Origin: Lama glama
Lineage: Eukaryota
Reading direction: 5' to 3'
Length of the DNA: 64,000 bases
NCBI GenBank assembly: GCA_028534125.1
Contig: CM052818.1
Location: forward strand, 47,742,001 to 47,806,000
The notes under the pieces are model-generated. The model was not told the DNA's origin, searched no databases, and was given only the letters and a program-made list of their open reading frames with translations. Numbering within the stretch: position 1 is the first letter of the stretch; each line of letters begins with the position of its first letter. The translations under genes were made by a program, and so were the position numbers. Shown here piece after piece: positions 11,344 through 22,920 of the stretch.

Positions 11344-12244
11344 TAAACTGCTCTAAAATAAAAAATTTATTTGAAAAAATGTACTGTTTTCATGTAAACC
11401 CAAATAAGCCTGTTGAAATGCAGAGTCAACTGGAATCTTTCAAGAGTCTAAGATTTTAAGATTTTCATCTGTTTTAAGCCCAGGCTTTCCCTAAATAGTA
11501 CTATTATTAAATGTGATACTAAAATCTGAGGAGTACTGGATTAAACATAGTTGAGCAGGTTTGTGCGTTTATTTTTTTTAACCATCAAACTCCGCAAGGG
11601 TTTTCATATGCTAATGAACACAGCCACACTCCAAGAAGGGTGGACGGTATTGGTTCCCTCCACAGAGCAAACCCACCCCACTCCCTCTGCCCCTCCCAGT
11701 GCTCTGAGTCTGCACTTCTCTGGCCAGAAAAAAGTCTGGGCTGCTGCGAGGCCAACAGAGTGAGACTTCCTGCAACAGGACCTGGCACCCCCACCGCTGT
11801 CCGGGATGTGACCCCCACACACAATACAGAGATTCTGCTGAAAATGACCTTGGAGGAACGTCCAAGGTCAGCCGGTGCTACGGCCTTGAGACACTTCCTC
11901 CCCGGCCTGGGCGGGCTTGTGGCTCGTGGACTTGCTGCTGGGAGTTGCTTCCCTCACAGGCAGCTTGGCTTAGGAAACAAGGGGCGTTCATGGCAGAGAG
12001 CAAGCTCACTCCTTCCTTTCGAAGACTGATAAAATACTGTGCAGGCGAGCCTAAAATGTCCCCGCAGCTTCCACATCACAGGCTGCTTCCCCCAGACAGC
12101 CCAGACAAGCCTGGCTCTCTGACCAACGTCCAGGGATGAAATGCAGAGCAGGACACAGAGGGACTGTTACTCCAACCTGAACATCACACCCCAGCTGCCA
12201 GGGAGCGACTGCTTTAAAAATCAATCTTAAATTCATTATGTTTT

Positions 12245-12880
12245 GCTAAAAATAAGACTTACTGTATGAACCAGCCATCCCACTCTTGGGCATATATTCA
12301 GAGGGAACTCTAATTCAAAAAGACACATGCACCCCAATGTTCACAGCAGCACTATTTACAATAGCCAAGACGTGGAAGCAACCTAAATGTCCATCAACAG
12401 AGGACTGGATAAAGGAGATGTGGTATATTTATACAATGGAATATTACTCAGCCATAAAAAAGAAAGAAAGAAAGAATGCCATTTGCAGCAACATGGGTGG
12501 ACCTGGAGATTGTCATACTAAGTGAAATAAGTCAGAATGGGAAAGAAAAACATCATATGATATCACTTATACGTGGAATCTAAAAAAAAATAAAATAAAA
12601 ACAAATGAACTTGGTTACAGAATAGAAACAGACTCACAGATACCAGGGGGGTAAGGGAGTAGGAAGGGATAAATTGAGAGTTTGAGATTTGCAGATACTA
12701 ACTACTATACATAAACTAGATAAACAACAAGTTTCTTCCGTGTTGCACAGGGAGCTCTGTTCAATACCTTGTAGTGACCTAGAATGAAAAAGAACATGAA
12801 AACAAATACATGCATGTATCTGTGTGGATGAAACATGAAGTTGTACATCAGAAATTGACACAACATCGTAAACTGACTAA
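12245..12880 (+). mobile_element. 5'-truncated L1 (ORF2 C-terminus plus 3' UTR)
   Basis: ORF 12286-12525 gives ...DTCTPMFTAALFTIAKTWKQPKCPSTEDWIKEMWYIYTMEYYSAIKK (L1 ORF2p C-terminus). Degenerate TSD aaattcattatgtttt (12229-12244) / aaagtcgttatgtctt (12881-12896). Confidence 0.93.
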
Positions 12881-14286
12881 AAAGTCGTTATGTCTTAAGG
12901 CTGAGGGGGGTCTTCAGGCTGTTTGTCCTTTTAGAGATGGTTTCCTTGCTCCCAGCTGTCTAGGGGTTTGCTAAGAGGCCCCACAGCGACTCCCCCAAAC
13001 CTCACCACCACTGCCTTCTGCTTGATCATGAACCACCTAAATGTACTATTGCCAGACTTTGTCATGACACAGCTAGTCACTGCGTCCACTTTTTTTTTTT
13101 TCTTTTTCAGGTAAGGATACAACACAAGAGCAACAGGATATGCCGTCTACGATAGAGCGTGAATAGCCGTGGGGCCCCCAGCTCCCTGTGCTGAAGGACC
13201 CGGATCACACTCTGCCAAGCCAGGAGCCGTCTGTGGGCACACGTGTCATCTGCATCCTCCAGCTCTCTCGTCAGTCCCGGTTGCTGGGAGCGCGCCCTGG
13301 CCAGCTCAGACGGGGGCAGGAGAGACACGCGGCTCTTTCCTCCTGGGAGACAAACAGAGGCCATGCTGCCAAGACAAGGAGCCTGGGAAATTCCTGGGTG
13401 TGGGGCTCGTCAGGCTCTGGAATTAACAGAACATGACGCAGTGGAGTGGGGAGCATGCAGTGGGGCGGACACAGGCCTCTGTGAAGAGTCCAGAAACCAG
13501 GGCTCCCCTGTCTGCACTGCTGCCCACCCACTGTGAGACCCTCAGGGCCTGTCCTGGACCTCCCTGGACCAGCGGCCTCGGCTGGCTCCCAGGATCCCCC
13601 AGGCTTCTGAACCCTCCCTCCTCCCACCCACCTGGAAGGGTGTCACCCAGGTCTTAACGAGAGGCCTGGCTCTTGTCGCTGCAGCAGCTGAGAGGGGTTT
13701 TGGGGAGGTGGGAGATGCAGTTCAGAGAGAACGAGCTAGAGGATAAACCGTGCTTTCCAGCACGGAACCCTCCGCCACAGATCCATTTCAAGCCCAGGCA
13801 CGCCTGTGGCCACGAGCCCTGCTCTGTCCATTAAATCATCTGAACACTCACCGCCCTTCCTTTCCAAGAACTCGCCGCAGCGCCACCCCGAGAGTCCCTC
13901 CCATTCCTCTCCTGCATTTACACACCTGATCCTCCGCCTACTCAGGACCGGTAGCTGGCCAGCCGGCGTCAGGTTTCTGTAGTGATCTAACAGCTGTTCC
14001 AGACACCGATCACAAGAGCTGACAGTCAGAGGTGCCACCCACATCGCCCTGCACAAGGAAGTCTGCTAGCCCCTGATTTCAGGTCAGCACCCTTGATTCT
14101 ATGTGTGGAGCCAGCTAGGATTCCTGGATGAGGCTCAGAAACAGTCAGGAAATTCCTGCAAGGAGTCAACCGGGAGAGCGGGTTCGAGGTCAGGACCAAG
14201 GCCAGGGTCTGACACCCCGCATCCTGGAAGCGTCACTTAAAGTATGCCTCACCTCAAGCAGCCCTCCCACATCTCCCGAGATTTGA

Positions 14287-14290
<4 letters not shown>

Positions 14291-14340
<50 letters not shown>
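14291..14340. repeat. (AG)25 microsatellite
   Basis: Perfect AG dinucleotide run of 50 bp. Confidence 0.97.
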
Positions 14341-14343
<3 letters not shown>

Positions 14344-15574
14344 TAGAGGTTTGAGCCTTCTCTCCCACCACACATGACAGTGACGTGTGAGGGCCGGAGG
14401 CTGGATGCTGCCTGGACATGACAGCTCTGAGGGCCCTGTCCTTGGCGTCCAGCTCATCGAGACCCTCAGGCTTTTGAGAATTTGTTCTAGAAAGACCACA
14501 GCATGGGGCCAGTCAGAAGGTCCAGGGCACACATTCAGCATCCCGGACACTTCTTGTGGGAAAGCGAATCAAGGCCTTCAAACTCCCTTCCACCTGGAGC
14601 CTGCAATGTCAGCAGTTCACATGGGGACCAGACATGTGGGAAGGGCAATCGGCTCGTGGTCTGAGCCACACCCAGCCTCCACGTCTTTAGACCTGGAAGC
14701 AGTAACCTCTGACATCTGCCTGCACAGGCATGGGACGCGCAAGTCCCATCCGAAGAACAGGAGTGGTCCGCGTCCTGCCGTGGACACGGTAACACTTCTC
14801 CGATAAACATCTTCCCTATGCTAGCTCCACACGCGCATTTCTACCCCAGGCTATAATCAGAGCTCACTTTTAATCACCCACAGATGAGAACCCCCGCGCC
14901 ACGAGTCAGGCAGAAGCCTTGTCATTCTACTCCACCGGGGCTCAACTATATTCTCAACGTGATAATGGTCTAAGAATTACTAAAGGATCCCCACCCCCGT
15001 GTTTAGAAAACGAAAGCTTGTACGGAGCCTAAAGAACCCCGTGTCACTCCATCGGGATGATGGTTGTGACAAGAAGGTCACTAGTCTTAATGTCCCCAAA
15101 GCACGGTTGCCCATGGTTCACCCATCTCCCACCTTCTTTCAGTCATCAGATCACCTGTATAAAACTGCCTGCACCCACCCCTCCACGCCCAGCCCCCTGC
15201 CCTCTTTATGCTCCCCCCAGGCTCCCCGACATACGCTACAAGCACGTCTTTATTTACTTACTGTTTTCTCCCCCTCAAGAAAGTAAGTTCCGTAAGAGTC
15301 AGTGTTACCAACCAACATTTTAAAAAAGACTCAAATTAAACATGGCCATCTTTTGTTCTTTCCTTTACTACCCAGTTAACGAGGTAGAAAAAACGTCGCC
15401 TCCACGGGGCACTGCCTGTCTCACCGGGACGAAGAGGGTACACCTGTTTTCTGATGAAGTAACGCTGGCGGGCATCTCGGGAGACCCTTGCGATCAGCTG
15501 CGATGTCTCCCCAAAGCCCCCTCTGCTGTGCAGCGGATCGATCAACACTGCAGAGACGGGAAGTCAGCTCAGTT

Positions 15575-15685
15575 GTCTTCACTGCATAGACTAAGAACGG
15601 AGGCTGAAGAAGGTAAACCAGTTGCCCAAAGTCTCAAGGTAACAAATGGCAAATCACAGATTCGCACCCAGTCTGCCGACTTCCC
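15575..15685 (-). mobile_element. MIR SINE remnant
   Basis: gaacggaggctgaagaaggtaaaccagttgcccaaagtctcaagg...agattcgcacccagtctgccgact resembles the reverse complement of the MIR core. Confidence 0.55.
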
Positions 15686-18600
15686 AGTCACGTTCTCTTC
15701 CTGCGTCAACGTTCCCACGATCCTCAGGTCCAGCAACTGGACCCTCTCACCGTGCCCACTGCTCAGATGGCTGGTGGGGCGGGCGGAGGCCTCCCTGGGG
15801 CTCAGAGAGGCCCCTTCCTTCACAAGAGCCCCGCTCACGGCCCCGTACCCCGTCCACTGCACACAAAAGCACAACTCCCCATCTGGCTGTTACACCTCTG
15901 GACTACTCGAGGGCACCCAATGAGGAAGAATAAAACAAACTGATGCTTTAAGTGAAGAATGTTGAAGGGGCCATGCTTTGCACCTAAAAATATCTTTTCA
16001 TCACTGAGAGTCCCCCTTTATGAAATAAGGCACTTGACCTAATGATAGTAAAGACGGTCCATTTAGTTGGCTAAGAGGCTGAAATCCAGCACTCAGCCTC
16101 CCCAGTGAGAAGATGAATCATAATATCAACAAAAAAGCTCTGGTCTCCCCAAGGCCCGATGCTAGAGGTTGTGCTTTCTGGGGCTCAGAAAGAAAACCCA
16201 TCGTCCTGCTGTGACTCCTAACCTCTCCGTGGGGAAGGCTGGGTCGTCAGGGTGCCCTGGTGTGACAGGGCTGAGGACCATGGGTGCGGGAGTGTGACCG
16301 AGACGCGGAGGTCAGGAAAGGTCCACCAGCGATCGCACGCAGTCCTGAGCCCACACGCCCAAGCCCCAGCCTCAGCCCTGCCCACTCGTCTAGACCTCCT
16401 ACCCCAGTGGGGACGCAGAGACCACCACGCCGCTCCAGTCTCTCTTTTCTGACCCTGGCTGAGGAGACCCCCAGTGCAGGCGAGCCTACTGGACGGAGAG
16501 AGAGAAACCCAAACCACGACAGAGAAGAGGATCGTGGCGATGCCGCAGACTCCTTTTTGCCCCCCCTCATCCCAGTACCTCACCCGTCCCCACCCTGGAG
16601 AGTCTTTAACTAGACAACACTGGAGGTTCTCTTAGATATAAAACCCACGAAACTTACTCAAAATCAGCTCTGACATGGCAGCGACGATCCCCCCAGGGGC
16701 AGAAACAGCTTTAGTTTAGAGCAGATTCAGAGAGAGAAGGAAAGCCCCGGGGCTCTGACCGCAGAGCCCGACCCTCTGGCTCCTGCGCAGGAGGCTTTGT
16801 TGGAGGCCCACCCGGTGGGGAACTGGGTGGAATCAGAGACACTGACGCAACCTTTCCTGCAGGGAAACAGAACCGAACTCAAAAATTATTCCCGAGGAAA
16901 CACCAGCAACCAAGGCGGGGCGCGTTCCCACTGGGAACTCCCATGATAACGCAAGTCTAGGAAGCGTATTCGCTTCCAGCCCAGGGTGGCAGGGTGGCAG
17001 GCTGGCGGGACGCCTAGGACCAGCGCCCGGCGCCCCTGGGCGGGGGCCTTCCTTCACGGAGAACAGACGTGGAGCAGTCTCGGAGGTCTGCTCTGGGGAA
17101 GGACCAAGTTGTTGACGTGATAATGAGTCTAATGGGACTCCGTTCTCTCAAGGATGTAAAACTCTGGTCACATGAGAATCGTTAGCACAGAATCACAGCG
17201 CCAAACAGAACAGAGCCACGTCCAGCCTCTGCTCTCCCTTTCCACAGGTTCTCCTCCAGGGCCGTCCACCAGTGTCCTGACATTCCAGAGAGCAGGCCCA
17301 CGCGCTCCGGGGCTGTGGGCGACCACCGGCCGCCTCGTACCCCGGCGCCCAGGTCTCCTCTCCGGGTCTGCTGACCCCCGTGCACAGATGATGGTCGGGG
17401 GGTCTGGGGAGATTCTTCTCTGGTTCCCCAGCCAACCTCGTGTCTGCAAGACTCTACTTCATCCGATCTCTCCCACTTACAAACTTCCCACCACTCCCCA
17501 GTGGAGCAGGTTAAATGCAAACCCCTCCAGCCCCATGTGCACACACCCTTCGTCCTCTCTCCTCGCCAGCACTCCTCACTGTCTACAGCTGAACTTACCT
17601 TGTTTACTCTCTGCTGCCCTTTTCAAAACACACTCTCCCCCAGGAAACTGATTTTCATTGGCTTTGCTCACTCTTGGGTCCAAAGGCCCTGGCATGGAGG
17701 AGGTGCCCCATAAAAATGGGTCAGCACGATCTGACCCTCTGAACTCACGCCTGGGGAAAAGCCAGGGTGACCCTGCTCTGCTAAGCTAGAAGCTTCCCAG
17801 GAGCAGGGAGAGTCTCACGTCCACGTCACAGGGGCATCGGCAACCTGGGCGCACGTGCTGTGGGTGGAAAGTAAATGTTGGCCAAGCGGACGTCTCCATC
17901 ACTATCAAATTAGCAACTAGACGTGCTTTTCTCTGTAGTGAAAGAAAATCGCTTATTTTGGCCAAATTAAACGTATGTGAAAATTGCCCAAAGAACCATG
18001 TCCAGTCACCTGTGCTTTGGTGTGAGCTCATGGACAAACGTGCCAGCATTCTCCTCCCAGGAACCAGGACACTGGCTGCAGGACACTGGACTCACTCTGA
18101 TCCTGTCACATCTCCAAGGCTCATTGCACCCAAATGACAGGGCTCATTCTCCATCCATAAAATCAACTGCACTTTTTCTGAATTATAATAATTTGGTTAG
18201 AGTCCTGGAGCCAGGAATAACCAAGCCTGGCTAATGGTAATGAACAATGACAGAACACTACAGAGAGGCAGCCGGCAGTATTTAGCAAGGACCCTCAAAA
18301 TGTTCAAATCCTTTGATCAAGTCACCCCAATTCTGGGTATTCATCCATAAGAAAAAAAAATTGAGGGCGTGAAAATGCTCTTCACAGCATTTCCCACAAT
18401 ATTAAAAAGGTTTTCAGTGCATAAATGTAACTTTTTTTAAAAAAGAAATATCAAACCAGTAAAAGCAGAATGGAAAAGTGGGGGCCACAGAAGGGTATAT
18501 TCTGCAATTGTACACAATGACACAATGATTTTATGGTATAATTTCTTGGGTGGAAAGTGAACATAAAAACCATATGTTCACTGTGTGAATCTCTACAAAC

Positions 18601-18739
18601 AAAGGCAGGACACACACTCACACAAGTAAAATCGTTGTTTGGCTAGAATGAGGAGCCGTTACGTTTCTTCCTGCAATGTTCCTTCATACGTGTAAGGTGC
18701 AAAAACTTCCGCAAAGCAAGTCAAAATAAATAACAAAAT

Positions 18740-19590
18740 TAAAAAAAAAAAGCTCGCAGAATGTATCCCAAACAGTTAATCTCCTTCATACAGTTTTAGA
18801 AATTAAGAAATAAAGGAGCAACAGTTTAATAAAAAAAAATGATCAAAGAACAAGAGACAGTTCACAAAGAAAGACCAGCTCTCCTCAGGTGGGACACACT
18901 CAAGAGACAAGAGAATTCCCCACACAAGATGCCACTCCTCACCTCTCCCCAGGCAGACACTCAAACGCTGGGCCAAAGACTCTGTCCACATGGCTCTCGG
19001 TCAATAATCGCTCTCCTGCCCGAAAGGCTGGAGTTCAAGATGACACAACACATGAAAAGGGTTTTTTATCAAAATCTACCAATATTTTACCTACATTTAC
19101 CCGATGATCCAGAAACCCCACTTCTGGGGCATGTGATCGGTGTGTGAAGCTTGTCACTGCGGTCTTGTTTGAAATATCAAAAGATTAAAAACGATCCAAG
19201 TAGGGGACGGGTTAAATACACGAGGAAATTAACCACGGAGTGGAATACGAGGCTGCTGAAGAAAGGAGGAGAAATATTCCATGTGTTAAAGTGGAGGATC
19301 TGCGCAATGTAGTTAATTAAAAAAGCCCAGAAGAGAACGTGCATATTATACAGTAAATGTTGGGTAAACTTTGTGTACATTTATGCTTGTTTGTATTTGC
19401 ACAAAGAACCACTGGATGAATACCCCAACCCTAATTACAATGGTTACCTAACGAGGCGGGCTGGGCCGCAGGCTGGGGAGACCGGCCAGGCCCAGAGGCA
19501 AACAGGACTTCTCCAGTGTGACCTTCAGACAAACTGACTGTGAACTATATGGATAATCCTGTCTAAAGATGACAGAGAGTTTAATAAATA
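18740..19590 (+). mobile_element. Highly degenerate ancient L1 (L1ME-like) ORF2 end and 3' UTR
   Basis: A-rich, with L1-like landmarks (gatccagaaaccccacttctgggg...caaaagattaaaaacgatccaag...gggacggttaaatac...ggaatacgaggctgc). Confidence 0.5.
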
Positions 19591-20462
19591 AACTTAAATA
19601 TCATAATAATAGTAATTCAGAATAAATAGAGGGTCTCTCTTCTAGCCTGAATTCAATCAAGGCATAGTGCCTACCTCAAGTTAAAGGATGCTTTTCAATA
19701 ATGTATAAACTAAGAGAAAACTTCCAAATGATATTTTAAACGTATTTTTCTTCTCTGAGCTAGCTCAGAGTTCCAAAAATGTCAGCGTATATCTATTCTC
19801 CTACACGTGTCTTCCAAATTTAAAATCTGGCATTAATTTCATTGTCAAAGGTTCAACATCCTCCGAGCAGCTGCCTGTCAGAGCTCAGGTTTTGGACAAG
19901 TGCCTGTCAGCTCACGGAGTCATAAGACTTTCACAGTGTCAGCCTTTAGGGGAAGGTTTTATTTTTCCTACAAGGAGGAAAAAAAGCAACGTTAATTCAA
20001 ATAAGGACTAAGAAATAATAATCACAACTAACGTTTACTGAGAACTTGCTAGGTGTACGAATTCAGGAGCCACCTCATCAGCCGACAGCTCCGAGAAGCA
20101 GGACCCGCCATCATCCCTCGTCTGCAGGAGAAGCCTGGGCACCGGGAGGAGAAGGGGTGGAGACAGTGCGGGTCTCTGCTGGCCAGGACCCGTCCTGTTC
20201 TCCTACCCACAAGGCTGTGTGCTATTTTCTGAAAAGAAATAAGGCTTCGGGGAGCACCGGCTGTCGCAAGGCAGCTATCATTCTCAGCAATGAAGGACTA
20301 GGCTTCAATCACCCTCCTCGTGTCTTAAGAACCCGCTGCTGCTCAATTACGAGACTCCCGCGGAACTGATGTGAGTGAGTTTTCACACCCATTTTACAGA
20401 CTATGAACGAGACGGAACGGGTGAATGAGCAAGCCACAATCTACAATAAATAAATGAGCACT

Positions 20463-21484
20463 AAAAGCAAAAATAAACAAACGGGACCTAGTTAAACTTA
20501 AAAGCTTTTGCACAGCAAAGGAAACCATCAAAAACAAAAAGACAACCTATGGACTGGGAGAAAATATTTGCAAATGATGTGACTAACAAGGGCTTAAATT
20601 CCAGAACATACAAACAGCTCATACAACTCAACAACTCAATCGAAAAATGAGTGAGAAGATCTTAACAGACATTTCTCCAATGAAGACATACAGATGGCCG
20701 ATAGGCACATGAAAAGATGCTCAATATCACTAATTATCAGAGAAATGCAAGTCAAAATTACAGTGAGGTATCACCTCACACCGGTCAGAATGGCCATCAT
20801 TCAAAAGTCCACAAATGACAAATGCTGGAGAGGCTGTGGAGAAAAGGGAGCCCTCCTACACTGCTGGTGGGAATATTATTTGGCACAGCCACTGTAGAAA
20901 ATGGTATGGAGATTCCTAAAAAACTAAAAATACAGTTAACATGATCCAGCAACCCTACTCCTAGGCACATACCCGGAGAAAACGCTAATTCAAAAAGATA
21001 CACACACCCCAACGTTCATAGCAGCACTGTTTACAATAGCCAAGACATGGAAGTGACCTAAATGTCCATCAACAGATGACTGGATAAAGAAGATGTGGTA
21101 TATTTATACAATGGAATACTACTTAGCCATAAAAAAGAATGAAATAATGCCATTTACAGCAACATGGATGGATCTAGAGATTATCATACTAAGTAAGTCA
21201 GACAGAGAAAGACAAATACCATATGCTATAACTTTTATGTGGAATCTAAAACAATGATTCAAATGAACTTACAAAACAGAAAGAGACTCACAGACATAGA
21301 AAACAAACTTCTGGTTACTGACAGCAAAATGGGGGAGAGGGATAAATTGGGAGTTTGGGATTAGCAGATACTAACTACTGTACATAAAATAGATAAACAA
21401 CAAGGACCTACTGTAGAGCACAGGGAACTATATTCAATAGCTTGTAATAACATATAATATAAAAGAAATTGAAAAGGAGTATAC

Positions 21485-21516
<32 letters not shown>

Positions 21517-21607
21517 TATATGTATAATTGAACCACTATGCTGTACACCAGTAACTAACATAACATTGTAAATCAACCACACTTCAATAAAGAAAAAAAT
21601 AAAGAAA
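20463..21607 (+). mobile_element. 5'-truncated L1 with perfect 15-bp TSD
   Basis: ORF2p remnant [55 protein letters not shown], 3' UTR and A tail. TSD aaataaatgagcact at 20448-20462 and 21608-21622. Confidence 0.96.
21486..21520. repeat. (TA)n microsatellite inside the L1 3' UTR
   Basis: atatatatat... run with one aa interruption. Confidence 0.9.
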
Positions 21608-22789
21608 AAATAAATGAGCACTGACCATGGTCTAGAATGCCATGGAGTCCAGAATTCTTACCCAGTTGTAACTTCTACATCCTTTTTCCCACGAGTGAAT
21701 AATGTGCTATTTTCAAGCCCAGTAAAGCTGTAGACTAGAGGCCAGCAGATGTTACCCATTAAGGGACAGACAGTTCCGGTTTCAGGCATGTGGGCCTCAG
21801 GGAGTCCCTGCAGCAGAGCAGCCAGAGGCAGCTCCTAAACCCTGGGGCAGGTTGTGTGCCAGCGAAACCGAGGACCACATCCTGACCCCGTCAGTGCAGG
21901 TGCCCTGGTGGAAAGCGCCCCCACCACTCTGCCCTCCCTACTTCTCTAAACAGTATTAAGTATTGTAACAAAGGTTTTGTTGCGTTTTTTTCATTTCCAC
22001 TCCAATGCCTGAGCCTGGTGTGAAGACATTTCGCGATCTGACCCTCAGCCAATCACCGCCCGCCTGGCCTCACGCAGGATGCGGACCCAGTCGGTGTGGA
22101 GAGAGAACCTCCCCTTCAGGCCACGTGCTCGAGTGCTTCCTTCCTGAAGAAGCCCCAGCCTCCCCGTGGTACAGCCTCTGCCAGCTCTGTTCCCAGCGCA
22201 GGCGCCCACTCCTCTCCTCTGCCTGGTGACTCCATGCCCCTCATGGTCCTGCTCAATGGCATCTCCCGGGACCACGGCAGCCAAGGCTTCAGGACTCTCC
22301 CGTGAATCTCCCCACGTTTCAGGCACCCCAACCACAACTTAGACTCAGACACAGAATCTTATCTCCACTCCAGGTGGATAGGATGCTCAGGACAAAGCCG
22401 CGCCCTCTTGCCTCATGCCCTTGCCCCTGACGTAAGCGTCTGCATGGCAGGCTGACGGCGATACAGTGGCATTGCCGCCCCAAGGTGCACGGGAGAGGCC
22501 GAGGGGGTGCAGCACATTAACCTGGCTCGTCTGTGGCTGAAAGCCTAACGGCAGTTCTGGAAGGAGACCCAAAGTCCCTCCACCCCACGAGCCTAAGACA
22601 CCACAGGGACCCAGGGTACTAGACCGTGCCTTTACTGCGAAGTGGACCATCCTCAGGGCCAGAGGCTGCTGGGTTTGAATCCCAATCACGGGACTGCGGC
22701 AAATCAGTTCGACTTAACCACAGCTCAGTTACCATGGCACCATCTCACACTGTGACAGATGCTTAGTGTTTCACTGAATACTTTCACCA

Positions 22790-22920
22790 ATGGGGAAGCG
22801 TGCACTCTGAGCCCCATTTTATAGATCAGAAAACTGAGGCACTGAAGTTCCAACATTCAATGTCAGAGCCTAGTTCCAAATCGCGGTGATCTGGCTCCGG
22901 AATCCCACCCTTCCAACCAT
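22790..22920 (-). mobile_element. MIR SINE remnant
   Basis: ccccattttatagatcagaaaactgaggcac is the reverse complement of the MIR core. Confidence 0.5.

Noticed and set aside
21745..21890. Possible MER58-like hAT DNA transposon remnant
   Set aside because: The resemblance is too weak and terminal inverted repeats are not evident.
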